A DNA stretch of 64,000 nucleotides from Deltaproteobacteria bacterium (GTDB lineage: Bacteria > Myxococcota > Kuafuiibacteriia > Kuafuiibacteriales > Kuafuiibacteriaceae). Positions 38,912 to 50,640 of the stretch are shown piece after piece. Under the pieces are notes generated by a model that searched no databases, had not been told where the DNA came from, and saw only the letters and a list, made by a program, of their open reading frames with translations. The translations under genes and the position numbers were made by a program. Location of the stretch: the NCBI GenBank assembly GCA_040218735.1, contig JAVJQW010000022.1, positions 1-64,000 of the forward strand, in the 5' to 3' direction. The stretch's first letter is position 1, and each line of letters starts with the position of its first letter.

Positions 38912-40386
38912 TCCTCGACTTTCACGAACTGGATCTTCGCGCGCCCCATGCCATCGGTGAGCCCCATGAACACGAGGTGCCCCAGCTCGAGCCCGGTGAT
39001 GAACAGGTCACTGCTCAACGTCGTCCACCGATCCATCTTGCGGTCGGCAGAGACACTCGCTCCGTCCTGCCCGTGCGAGGCGCTGCGCCCCGACATGACG
39101 ACGTCGCTCTCCCCCATCATCTTCGCGGCGAGCTCGGCGCTATCCGGGTCGCCGAGGCGAAACATCAACTTACCCGCCGAGTTGGTCAGGATGCTCTTCC
39201 AGGTCTCGCGCACCCCGGAGTTCTCCAGCATCGGGATGCCCTGGGTCGCGATGAACGAGAGCACTTTGAACTGCCTAGCCTGACTGAAGAAGTAGCTGTC
39301 GCCGAAGCCCTCGCCCGGGAGATCACTCGCGACCTCGGCGTACTCGTCGATGACGAGAAATACGCGGCGCTCGTTGTCCGGATAGAGCTGCTTGCGATTC
39401 AGGGCGGCGCTGGCGAACAGCACCTTCACGAGCGTCGAGAGGAAGCGGGACACGGCGAGCCGGCTCTTCGGCACATCCAGGATCAACCAGCGCGCGTCGC
39501 GTAACACGTGATCGCCGACCGTGTCGGCGACGGTGTCGTCCGACAGGAAGTCGAGGTCCGGATCGAGGAACGGCGCGAGGATCTGACGAATGAACGTCCG
39601 CACCGTATGAGCGTTGTCGCTCTTTGCGGTCTCGTAGTCGGTCAGGCTGGAGATGATCGCATCACGCCGACGTGCGTCCGCTTCGCTGAGTTTCGCGTTC
39701 CGAAGGCGGTCGAGCTGCGTCTTCAGCATCGTTCGCTCCTCCGTCTTCTTCTTTCGATCGCTCCAGGTCCTCGTCGAGGTGAGGAACAGCGTCGCGAGCC
39801 GCCGAAGGGTCATCGGGCGTTCGAGGAGCTTGATCACCGCCAACCCATCGCCGAACAGGCGCTTCATCTCGTTGATCCAGTAGGGATCACTCGCGGAGAT
39901 TCCGGACGACTGCGCCGCGAGCGCGATCGCCGTTCCGAGATCGGTGGGCTCGAGGTGGCTCGCCAGCAGGTTCATCGTCGTGCCGGCGCCCGGGCCGATG
40001 ACGAGGCGTCGTTCGGGAGGGATGCTCGCCTTCACGTCGTGGACGAGCGTCTGCTTCGGATCCAGCAACAGGCCGCCCCACGGCATCGACCACTGCGCAT
40101 CGTTCGCGAGCTGGTCGAGGAGCTTGCGAAGGAAGTACGACTTGCCCGTCCCGGGCGCACCGAGCACGAGGTAGAGCTGCTGGAGGCCCGCCTTCTCGAG
40201 CGCGACCTGTCCGCCCTCCCTCGCGTACACGTACTCGAAGGATCGCGGGGGCGGTACACGACCAGAAGACACCCGACGCCAACTCGGGAGGTGTCGACCG
40301 CGCGGCACGGCTTCGGCGTTGGCCTCCTCGGTCCGAAGTTGTTTGGCCAGGGTCATCGCCGACCCGAGTACGAGTCGCTCGGTCAT
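38908..40386 (-). CDS. VirD4/TraD/TraG-like coupling-protein ATPase lacking an N-terminal TM anchor
   Basis: Walker A VLGAPGTGKS, LLLDPK, DPYW, Walker B FLVIDEY, SQARQFKVLSFIATQ, ILTN and D.DSAELAAKMMGE. Confidence 0.85.
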   Translation of the reverse strand: MTERLVLGSAMTLAKQLRTEEANAEAVPRGRHLPSWRRVSSGRVPPPRSFEYVYAREGGQVALEKAGLQQLYLVLGAPGTGKSYFLRKLLDQLANDAQWSMPWGGLLLDPKQTLVHDVKASIPPERRLVIGPGAGTTMNLLASHLEPTDLGTAIALAAQSSGISASDPYWINEMKRLFGDGLAVIKLLERPMTLRRLATLFLTSTRTWSDRKKKTEERTMLKTQLDRLRNAKLSEADARRRDAIISSLTDYETAKSDNAHTVRTFIRQILAPFLDPDLDFLSDDTVADTVGDHVLRDARWLILDVPKSRLAVSRFLSTLVKVLFASAALNRKQLYPDNERRVFLVIDEYAEVASDLPGEGFGDSYFFSQARQFKVLSFIATQGIPMLENSGVRETWKSILTNSAGKLMFRLGDPDSAELAAKMMGESDVVMSGRSASHGQDGASVSADRKMDRWTTLSSDLFITGLELGHLVFMGLTDGMGRAKIQFVKVEE

Positions 40387-40706
40387 CGGCGGTCCGAGAA
40401 GTCTTCGCAGCTGCCGTGGGGGTTCTTGGCGCTGCAGAGCACGAACAGATCGTGTGTCGCGCCCGAGTTCGGATCCAAGATGTCGCGCTTCGAGTCGTGG
40501 GCGCAGTAGGGGAACGCGATCGGCTCGAAGTCGAAGGGCTCCCCCGAGAGCATCCGCTGCTCTTCGTAGGTCGCGCGGGTCGCGAGCTCCTGCTGCCACT
40601 TGGCGCGAAGCTCGAGGACCTTCTGGGAAACGAGGCGGATCCCTTCGAGCGGGTTGGCCGGCTCGCCGAAGCGAATGTGGTGGCAGTTGGCGCAGTGCCG
40701 ATCCAT
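40383..40706 (-). CDS. Small stand-alone 4-Cys domain protein
   Basis: 107 aa, CANC...FEPIAFPYC...KNPHGSC; ATGA overlap with the ATPase gene. Confidence 0.75.
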   Translation of the reverse strand: MDRHCANCHHIRFGEPANPLEGIRLVSQKVLELRAKWQQELATRATYEEQRMLSGEPFDFEPIAFPYCAHDSKRDILDPNSGATHDLFVLCSAKNPHGSCEDFSDRR

Positions 40707-40717
40707 GAGCCCTCCGA

Positions 40718-41122
40718 TCAGGGGTGTAGCGGGTGGCCCCCGCTTCGTTCGGCTTCGATGCGTTTCTTCTCCTTGTCGAAGATGACGTACGCGGCGATTC
40801 CGAAGGGGATGCCGAACGGGATGAAGAAGAGGACGGCGACGATGCCCAATCCGATGACCAGGTGTTTCTTGTCCTTCGGGAGATCGTTCAGGCCGATCGA
40901 GGTCTTGGGGGGCGGGCGCTTCACGACCGGGTTGGGTGTCACGTTGGGCGCCCCGGTCGGGGTCGCGGTCGGCGCTCCGGTCCGCTCCGCAGGCTGCGTC
41001 GCGTCGGCGGTCGGCTCCGCCACCGGTTCGGGCGCGCCAGTGACCGGTAACCCCTCGTAGCCGCACGCCGCGCACGTGGACTGTGTTCCGGCGTGGGGCG
41101 ATCCACAGTTGGGACAGTTCAC
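40718..41122 (-). CDS. Zinc-ribbon plus Pro/Thr linker plus TM hairpin membrane protein
   Basis: CPNC...CAAC, PTAT linker and LVIGLGIVAVLFFIPFGIPFGIAAYVIF. Confidence 0.7.
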   Translation of the reverse strand: MNCPNCGSPHAGTQSTCAACGYEGLPVTGAPEPVAEPTADATQPAERTGAPTATPTGAPNVTPNPVVKRPPPKTSIGLNDLPKDKKHLVIGLGIVAVLFFIPFGIPFGIAAYVIFDKEKKRIEAERSGGHPLHP

Positions 41123-41218
41123 TCCCGAGGTGTAGCCGAGAGCCGTAGGCGCTTGCAAGGCCGCGCATCGGGGGATTTACGCAACGATCCCCAGGACACG
41201 CCGATACTGAGCGCTGTG

Positions 41219-41494
41219 ATGGGGATTCGATTCAACCCGGTTCGGGACACGCTCAGCGCCTTCACCGGCTGGGCGCTCGGCAACGGCGGCCTCACGGGGC
41301 TGCTCGGCACCGCCGCCAAGAAGGCCTTCATCCGCGACGACAGCTCGCGCGCGAAGAAGTTCGGCGTCGGCCTCCTGACCTGGTTCTTCGCCGGCATCCC
41401 CGGCGTGCTCGCCTACCTCATCGCCGGGAACGGCGGCCGCGGCGACGTGCAGAACGCCCGGAGCAACGCCACCACCAACCGCTACTCGAGCTGA
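41219..41494 (+). CDS. Small Gly-rich hydrophobic hypothetical protein
   Basis: 91 aa with strong GC3 codon bias and Gly-zipper-like segments. Confidence 0.55.
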   Translation: MGIRFNPVRDTLSAFTGWALGNGGLTGLLGTAAKKAFIRDDSSRAKKFGVGLLTWFFAGIPGVLAYLIAGNGGRGDVQNARSNATTNRYSS

Positions 41495-41507
41495 TCCCCG
41501 GCGCGCC

Positions 41508-42047
41508 GTGAACCCGGCCGACGTCCACCCCCGCGTCCAGGACGCCGTTCGCGCCTGGGGCGCCGCACCCGACATCGAAGCCGCCGCGAAGCAGCTCGAA
41601 GAACACCGTCGTGCGCTCCCGCCCGAGCTCGTCGCGCAGCTCGTGGACGAGGTCGCCGAGATCTCCGCCGAGATGATGATCGACCTCCTCACCGAGGAAC
41701 GTGGCGTCGACGTCTCCGCGGAGACAGTGGAGCTCGGCGGCGTCGAGCTCCTCCCTAGGCAGGCCGCGCGGCTCAGCGCTTGGCTCGAAGATCAGAAGCG
41801 CACCGCCGAGGCGCTCGGCCTCGACGGCGACGCGTGGATCCGACAGATGGAGCGTGGGTTCGATCGTTACGTCGCGCGTGAGCGCGGGGACGCAGCGACC
41901 GAGGTCGCGGAAGCCACGGACAAAGCGCACCAGCTGTTGGGTGGCGAGCGCGGAGCCTTCGAGCCCCGCCCGGCGCCCGGCGAGAGCGCCAAGGCCGGCC
42001 TCGCGGGGATGCTCGCGGCGCGCGACTTCGCGAAGAAGAAGAGTTAG
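41508..42047 (+). CDS. Hypothetical protein
   Basis: 179-aa ORF with normal amino acid composition and host-like codons. Confidence 0.6.
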   Translation: MNPADVHPRVQDAVRAWGAAPDIEAAAKQLEEHRRALPPELVAQLVDEVAEISAEMMIDLLTEERGVDVSAETVELGGVELLPRQAARLSAWLEDQKRTAEALGLDGDAWIRQMERGFDRYVARERGDAATEVAEATDKAHQLLGGERGAFEPRPAPGESAKAGLAGMLAARDFAKKKS

Positions 42048-42104
42048 CCGCGCGGCGAGCTCGGCCGGCCGCGCGGCGGACCCGCACGACGGCGAAGCTC
42101 CAGA

Positions 42105-44399
42105 TCAGCGCAGCATGAACACCGGCTGCTCCCAGCCGAACGAGGCGCCGCCGCCGGTGTCGACGACGATGCGCACCTCGCGCGGGAGGAGCAGGTCGGA
42201 GTCGAGCGCGCCGAGGGAAGCGCTCGTGGCGCCCGACGTCGTACCGGCGACGACCGACTGCGCTGCGGTCGTGCTCCACAGGTAGTAGCCGCTCGAGCTC
42301 CCCGACGCCGGCCAGCCGGTGCCGCCGCCGCACTCGCCGTCTTCGCCGGGCGTGAGCAACGTCCAGACGTTGGAGACACCGCGGGCGTAGACCTCGTGCC
42401 CGCCGTTACCGTCGTTCTGATAGTTGCCGTTGTCGTCGTCGGAGGTCGTCGCGACGATGCGCGTGTTCGCGTGGAGGTTGCTGACGATCGTCCGCAGCGC
42501 CGCGACCTGCGCGTCCGAGTACACCGCGCGGCTCGCCGGGTTGCGATACTGCATCGTGATGCGGAAGTCCGACTGCCCGGAGCGGTCCGGCGACACCTGC
42601 CCCTCCGAGACGCCGCTGTAGTACTGCGCCGAGTCGCCGCCGCACTTTCGCCACGGGTTCGATGCATCGTACTCGGCCATCAGCACGCCGTCGTTGTCGA
42701 CCATCTCGAAGCGCATCCAGCCGCCGCCGTTCGAGCTCATGTCGCAGTCCACGAGGAACGGCGCCAGGCCGTTCGCGCCGTCCGGATCGATCCAGTACTC
42801 ACCGTCGCCGAGCGCGACGCCCGCCTGCACGACGTCGAGGCAAGAGATCGCCGGGTTCTGCTCGCTCGACCCGATGTTCGGCACGCAGCTCCGGTCGGCG
42901 ACGAGCTCGGCCAGCGGCGCCGGCGTCGGTGCGCCGGGCTCGCTGTATGCGGCCCACGACTGCACGTTGGTCGCGTAGAAGTCGCTGTTCGATGCCCCAC
43001 CCGAGCTCGCGAACGTGACGATGTCCGGATAGAGGAAGTGGATCGGCATCGCCTCCCGCGGGTACGCGACGAGCGTGGGGATCGAGAGCGCAAACGGGAG
43101 CCCCTGCGTGTCGACGAACCACCGGCCGATCGTCGAGCCGTCGTCCGCCGTGCCGAAGAGCGTCGGGTCCATGCGGTTCGTTCCCGAGTAACCCGTGCGG
43201 TGAATCTCGTGCGACGGCACCGCGCTGCGGAAGATGAACAGGTCGAACGGCGCCTGCGCGATCGGGATCGACTGCGGCGTCGCGAACGTCAGCTCGATCT
43301 CCAGCGGCTGGCCCGTCAGCGGAGGCACGCCGGGCTCCGCGTTGATGATGCTCTGGTTGTTCCCGAACAGCTCGCGGAGGTCGTTGGAGATCAACACCGT
43401 CGCTTCGTTCTCGCCGGGGAACAGCGGGATGGACTGGTCCGCGCCACCACCCACGCGCCGCACGGCGCTCGTGAGCGCGGCGGACGGCACCGGAAGATGA
43501 AGCGCGAGGCCGTTCGAGTACGCGCCACCGATCGCGATCGGATCGATCGACAGAAGGATCGAAGACACGTCGGCGTTGGCGTCCTGCAGGAACGCGTAGC
43601 GGTACGCGACGACGACATCGTTGAAGTCGAGGTCCGCCGCCTGCGGCCAGTGGTCCTCGAACATCAGCATCGCTCGCTCCGTCGCCGACGGGGCGTAGGT
43701 CACCGCGGACGCCGTGGCGTCGCAGGGGAAGATGTCGGAGGCGTCGAGCACGCCGTCGCTGTCCGTGTCGCGCGGGTCGACCGGCGCGACCGAGACCGGG
43801 TTCGACGCGGGCGTGATGCGGTACTCACGACCGAGCGTCAGCGACAGGTCGTCGGAGAAGTTCGCGACCTCGCCGCTCGCCGCGTACCAGTTCGTGACGT
43901 TCCCGAAGTCGACCGAGTCGACGATGATCGTCCAGCTCGTCCCCGTGATCCCGGAGACCATGATCCCGTCGGTGTTGTTGCCGTAGTTGAACGTGCCCTG
44001 GAAGCTACCCGGCGTGCTCTCGGTCGCCTCCCCCGCGTCGTCGGAGACCGCGACGAACACGTTGCCGGCCGTGTCGACGATGCGGAACGCGAAGTTCGCG
44101 CTGTTGGACGGCGCGCCGTTGTTGTCCTGCCCGAAGATGAAGCCGAACGAGAACTCTCCCGTCGCCGTGTTCTCGTGAACCCAGATGTTGGCGTTCGGGT
44201 TTGCGACGTTCACGCCCACCGGGTGCCCCGACGCACTGTAGAAGTCGTAGTGCTGGGCCCCGGAGCCCGTGGTCTGAATCGTGTGGATCAGCCCGATCGG
44301 GGTGCTGAGGTCGGCCGAGTCGTAGACCTCGAGCTCCAAGGCGGACGCCGTGGCGGGGGTGAACAGCGCAACGAGGGCGAGGGCGCGAAATCGATTCAC
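42105..44399 (-). CDS. Secreted LruC/DUF4842-domain protein with fibrinogen-like segment
   Basis: Signal peptide; DTDSDGVLD..D.FP; FEDHWP..DLDFNDVV; HEIH; LPFAL; GEYWIDPDG...VDCDM...GGGW. Confidence 0.8.
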   Translation of the reverse strand: MNRFRALALVALFTPATASALELEVYDSADLSTPIGLIHTIQTTGSGAQHYDFYSASGHPVGVNVANPNANIWVHENTATGEFSFGFIFGQDNNGAPSNSANFAFRIVDTAGNVFVAVSDDAGEATESTPGSFQGTFNYGNNTDGIMVSGITGTSWTIIVDSVDFGNVTNWYAASGEVANFSDDLSLTLGREYRITPASNPVSVAPVDPRDTDSDGVLDASDIFPCDATASAVTYAPSATERAMLMFEDHWPQAADLDFNDVVVAYRYAFLQDANADVSSILLSIDPIAIGGAYSNGLALHLPVPSAALTSAVRRVGGGADQSIPLFPGENEATVLISNDLRELFGNNQSIINAEPGVPPLTGQPLEIELTFATPQSIPIAQAPFDLFIFRSAVPSHEIHRTGYSGTNRMDPTLFGTADDGSTIGRWFVDTQGLPFALSIPTLVAYPREAMPIHFLYPDIVTFASSGGASNSDFYATNVQSWAAYSEPGAPTPAPLAELVADRSCVPNIGSSEQNPAISCLDVVQAGVALGDGEYWIDPDGANGLAPFLVDCDMSSNGGGWMRFEMVDNDGVLMAEYDASNPWRKCGGDSAQYYSGVSEGQVSPDRSGQSDFRITMQYRNPASRAVYSDAQVAALRTIVSNLHANTRIVATTSDDDNGNYQNDGNGGHEVYARGVSNVWTLLTPGEDGECGGGTGWPASGSSSGYYLWSTTAAQSVVAGTTSGATSASLGALDSDLLLPREVRIVVDTGGGASFGWEQPVFMLR

Positions 44400-44588
44400 A
44401 TCACACGAATGAATCGTTCGTTGAGTTTTCGCAAGGCATTCTTCCGAAGTTTTCACCCTTCCGCTCAATTGTGAACGAGGAGTCCCGGGGTTTGACCCAG
44501 CGGCACTCGGTGAAACACCCCTGCGCGGCGCAACCCGTTCGCGGATTTTCGAGGCGGCCGAGCCCTTCACGCCGCGCGATCGACGGGC

Positions 44589-45947
44589 ATGACGTTTGCG
44601 CTCGGCCGGCCCATGAGGCTACGCGCCGGGGCGCTCTTCGCGAGCACCGTCCTCCTCCTCGCGTGCGGGACCGCACCCGACGATCCGCCACCCGATGGAG
44701 GCCTTCGCCCCGACGGCGGCGTCCCGCAGGACGGCGGCGCCCGCGACGCCGGCACCTGCCCGGCCCCGTGGCCGGACACGTCGATCGACGGCCCACGGGA
44801 CGACGAGGTCCTCGCCCTCGCGATCGACGGTGCGAGCCGTCTCGTGGTCGCCGGCTACCGAGGCGGCGGCAACCTCGGGCGTCTCATGCCGGACGGCGAC
44901 GCCAACGCCTTCGTGTCGTGGTGGTCGCCCGACGGTGCCCAGCTCGCGGAGGTCAGCTTCGCGACGCACGGCGCCGATGTGGTCGAAGCGATCAACGTCG
45001 GCGACGATGACCTGGTGCGCATCGCCGGTCGCACCACCGGCGGTCTCTTCTCACCGACCCCCGGCGGCCAGTACGACCTGTTCTTTGCGGCCGTGCACCC
45101 CGAAGCCCCCGTGCCGCACTTTGGCCTCCAGATCGGCGACGCCCACCCGCTCCACCCCCGCGGCCTCCTCGTCGAGGGCGCGCAATGGATCGCCACCGGC
45201 TTCACCGACATCTACGTCCCGACCAACTACGTCGAGGACTGGGAGGATCCGTTCATCGCCCGCGCCACCTTCGACGGCGCGCGCCTCGTCGACGGTCGGT
45301 TCGAACGCTGGCCGAGCCCGATCACCGACGTCATGCAGGGCGCCGTCCACACCGGCGACGACACCGGTGATCTCATCGTCACGTACTTCGCGCAGGTCGG
45401 CGCACGGCGCGGCGCGTGGCTCGAACGCGTCACCGCCGACGGCACGCACCGCTGGCGCACCCACGTCTCGAACACCGGCTTCGACTCCAGTGTCGCGGTC
45501 CTCCTCGACGGCCAAGGCCACGTCGACCTCGTCGGGACCACGTTCGGCGTCATCGGCGAACGCTCGTACGGCCAGCAGGACGTCTACGTCGCCTCCGTAC
45601 GCCTCGACGATGGTTCCGTCCGACACGTAATGCAGGTCGGGAGCGAGGAATCGGATTGGGTCACCGCCGCGGTCCGTGGCCCCGACGGCGCCCTCTACGT
45701 CACGGGCCAGACGTTCGGCGCTTGGTACGGCGCGCCCCTCCCCGAAGAAGCCGTCGCGGCGTTCGTCGTGCGGATCGCGGACGGCGTCGCGACGTCGGCG
45801 TGGCAGTCCGCGCCCACCATGGAGCCGATGCTCCCGCAAGCCATCGTAATCGACGCGTGCGACCGCGTCCTCATCGGGGGCTACGAGACAAACGACGGCC
45901 ACCGCGCAGGGTTCGTGCGCGCCGTCGAGCTCTCGAGGTGGCCGTGA
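44589..45947 (+). CDS. Lipoprotein with SBBP-like beta-propeller repeats
   Basis: Lipobox LLLAC; repeats AIDG...VVAG, GQYDLF, GQQDVYV and ALYVTGQT. Confidence 0.7.
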   Translation: MTFALGRPMRLRAGALFASTVLLLACGTAPDDPPPDGGLRPDGGVPQDGGARDAGTCPAPWPDTSIDGPRDDEVLALAIDGASRLVVAGYRGGGNLGRLMPDGDANAFVSWWSPDGAQLAEVSFATHGADVVEAINVGDDDLVRIAGRTTGGLFSPTPGGQYDLFFAAVHPEAPVPHFGLQIGDAHPLHPRGLLVEGAQWIATGFTDIYVPTNYVEDWEDPFIARATFDGARLVDGRFERWPSPITDVMQGAVHTGDDTGDLIVTYFAQVGARRGAWLERVTADGTHRWRTHVSNTGFDSSVAVLLDGQGHVDLVGTTFGVIGERSYGQQDVYVASVRLDDGSVRHVMQVGSEESDWVTAAVRGPDGALYVTGQTFGAWYGAPLPEEAVAAFVVRIADGVATSAWQSAPTMEPMLPQAIVIDACDRVLIGGYETNDGHRAGFVRAVELSRWP

Positions 45948-45948
45948 T

Positions 45949-47238
45949 TCAGGCTTCGCGCTTGAACGACCGCGCGAACAGCGCGCGGACCGCTTCGAGG
46001 CCCTGGTCGGAGAGGAAACGCGTGCCGGTCCCCGTGAAGCGCGTGCGCTCGATGGTCGGCTCGACGCCCGCCTCCCAGGCGCCGTTCTTCCAGGCGCACC
46101 ACGCGTTCTTCTCCTGGTCGAAGACGAACAGCGGCTTGTTGAAGTGCTTCGCGAGCTCGGCCGCCCAGCCCGTGCCGCCCTTGACCGTGCCGTCGTCCTG
46201 GATCAGGCCGACGACGAACACCTGCCCCGAGGTCGCGACCTGGTGCCAGATGGTCTGCAGCATCTTGGAGAACTGCGGCGTCTTCGGGAACTTCCGGTGC
46301 AGGTGCGCCTCGATGTACGCGGGGCTGGCTTCACCCTGCTTGAGCTCCTGGTCGGAGAGCACGACGAGGCCGCGCTGGCGCTCGGTGCTGCGGCCCGCGA
46401 ACGTGAAGTTCATCTCCTCGAGCCCGTACTCCTCCGCGCACGCGCCGAAGGCCGCCTCGGCGCCCTTGTTCGCACCGGACAGCAGCGTGTAGGCCCGCGC
46501 CGGGAGGCGCGTCGGCGACGCCTCGGCGTCGGTCACCAGCTGCATCGTGTCGGGCTCGAGCTCGAGGTGCGTCTGCTGCACGTCGGGGTTGTCGTGGTCC
46601 TTGAGCAGGCGCACGCGCACGTGGTGCTCGTGGGGCTCGAGGAAGACCGCGACGTCGATCAGCTTCTTGTACGTGTCGTACGGCGGGCAGATGTCCGTGG
46701 GGTGGTCACCGGACGTCGACCGATGGGTCTGCGCCGTGAGCCACAACTCCGCGCCGAGCCGCCGCGCCAGCGCCTTGAACGCGCCGATGTCCGCCGCCTG
46801 GGAGACGACGTCGTCCGACCACTCGTAGCCGTCGATCAGGATCGCCTTCGGCTGGTGCTCGAGGTGCTGCGTGTACAGCTTCACGAGCTCCTCGACCTGC
46901 TTCGGCGACACCGTCGAGTCCGCGTAGGCCTGGATGACCCGACGGCGCGAAGTGCTCGCACGGACCTGCTCCCGGTTGTCGAGCTTCACGTCCTTGGCGA
47001 GGTCGTCGAACAGCCCGTCGTACCAGGACTGCACGTGCTCGAGCGACTGCCCGAGGGCGACGTGCAGGACGTCGCGCTCACGCATGATGTCGTCGAGGCC
47101 GACCTGGACGAGGAAGGCCGTCTTGCCGACACCCGCGCGCGCCATGACGACGCCGAGGTTGCCGGCGCCGAGACCACCGTGGATGGAGCGCTCCAGGATG
47201 CGGAGCGGGCTCTGTGCGTTGACTTCTTTCCTGTACAT
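45949..47238 (-). CDS. RecA/DnaB-like P-loop ATPase fused to a SLOG-like C-terminal domain
   Basis: GGLGAGNLGVVMARAGVGKT and ILIDGY; C-terminal LLSGANKGAEAAF, KGGTGWA, KPLFVFDQ and FTGTGTR. Confidence 0.75.
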   Translation of the reverse strand: MYRKEVNAQSPLRILERSIHGGLGAGNLGVVMARAGVGKTAFLVQVGLDDIMRERDVLHVALGQSLEHVQSWYDGLFDDLAKDVKLDNREQVRASTSRRRVIQAYADSTVSPKQVEELVKLYTQHLEHQPKAILIDGYEWSDDVVSQAADIGAFKALARRLGAELWLTAQTHRSTSGDHPTDICPPYDTYKKLIDVAVFLEPHEHHVRVRLLKDHDNPDVQQTHLELEPDTMQLVTDAEASPTRLPARAYTLLSGANKGAEAAFGACAEEYGLEEMNFTFAGRSTERQRGLVVLSDQELKQGEASPAYIEAHLHRKFPKTPQFSKMLQTIWHQVATSGQVFVVGLIQDDGTVKGGTGWAAELAKHFNKPLFVFDQEKNAWCAWKNGAWEAGVEPTIERTRFTGTGTRFLSDQGLEAVRALFARSFKREA

Positions 47239-47248
47239 GACGGCCCCC

Positions 47249-49339
<2,091 letters not shown>

Positions 49340-49644
49340 GGCGCGGCAACCTACGCGCGTGGCGCGGCGTGTAAAGAAGATTCGTACCTCGGACGGCGTG
49401 ACAGTTGTGTGGCGTGTCGTTTTGTGCCGTGGTCACGCGCCCGGTGCGCGGGATAGCCCTGCAGGCTGACTTGCGGCGGGATCGGTGTCGGGCTCGGTCG
49501 GGCAGCGCGCGTTCGTCCGGGTCATGGCCACCGTACAGAGCAGGCGGCGTGCCACGCCGGATCGGCCGATTCTCGACGATCCTGGGGCGTCGTGACACGG
49601 GATCGCGCGCCCCGGCCCGTGACACGGCACGACAGCGAGCGCCC

Positions 49645-50640
49645 ATGGTGGTAATCCGATCCCTCGTGCGAATCCCGGCGCGAATCCGATCCACCGGGCG
49701 ATGGCGCGGGGGGCGAACGGTCCCCACGCGCGAGCTGGTGACGCGCGCGATGCCTAACCGAGATCCGGACCGGATCGAGGCCCGCGTCGGCATCAAGACC
49801 CGTCGCTGGGCGGGCGCCGAAACCACGATCGCCGAGATGGGCGCGGCCGCCCTCACGGAGGCCCTGGAGCGCGCGGACCTGTCGGCGGAGGCGCTCGGTC
49901 GCATCGTCCTCACGTGCTCGACCGGGGGCGACCTGTTGATCCCCTGCGCCGCGGTGGACGTCGCGCACCGGCTGGGCCTGCACGACCACGCACTCGACAC
50001 GTTCGACCTCGCCAACTCCTGCAACGGGTTCATCTCCGCGTTGGATCTGACGGCTCGCTCCGCGTGCTCGACGGTCACGGCCATCCTCGCCGTGGAGCAG
50101 TTCTCGCGCTTCGTCCGCGAGGAGGAGCCGCGCTGCTACGTCATCTTCGGCGACGCCGCGGTCGCCGCGATTCTGGACGGCGAAGCCGGCGACGGCGGCA
50201 TCGCCGCGACGAGCTTCAGGACGGTGACCTCCCCCGACCGACGCATCGACGTCCCGCACCCCGCACGAACCCACGAACCCGCGTTCATCGACTTTGGTGA
50301 TCTCGACAGCGACTTCCTCACCGGCCAGGCGCTCGACGCGATGGGCCGCGCGATGGAGGACGCGCTCACGCGGGCCGAGGTCCCGCTCGCCGAGGTGGAC
50401 TGGGTGCTCACGCACCAACCGAACGCGGAGATGGTCGAGCGCTTCCGCGCGCACTTCGGCGTCGACAAGGCCCGCATGGTTCCGATCACGGCGGACAACG
50501 GGAGCATAGGATCCGCCGCGGTGCCGATGAGCCTGGACGCGCTTCACCAGGCCGGCCAGCTCGAGTCGGGGCAGCACGTGCTGATGGCGAGCGTCGGCTC
50601 GGGGACGGTCGCGGGCGCGGTGGTGTACCGCGTCCCGTGA
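49645..50640 (+). CDS. 3-oxoacyl-ACP synthase III (FabH)-like protein
   Basis: GIKTRR, DLANSCNGF (Cys), FGDAAVA, THQPN (His) and SVGSG. The start is uncertain. Confidence 0.85.
   Translation: MVVIRSLVRIPARIRSTGRWRGGRTVPTRELVTRAMPNRDPDRIEARVGIKTRRWAGAETTIAEMGAAALTEALERADLSAEALGRIVLTCSTGGDLLIPCAAVDVAHRLGLHDHALDTFDLANSCNGFISALDLTARSACSTVTAILAVEQFSRFVREEEPRCYVIFGDAAVAAILDGEAGDGGIAATSFRTVTSPDRRIDVPHPARTHEPAFIDFGDLDSDFLTGQALDAMGRAMEDALTRAEVPLAEVDWVLTHQPNAEMVERFRAHFGVDKARMVPITADNGSIGSAAVPMSLDALHQAGQLESGQHVLMASVGSGTVAGAVVYRVP

Noticed and set aside
38908-40386. Calling the VirD4-like locus an ICE or conjugative element
   Set aside because: No integrase, relaxase, VirB4 or att repeats are visible in the window.
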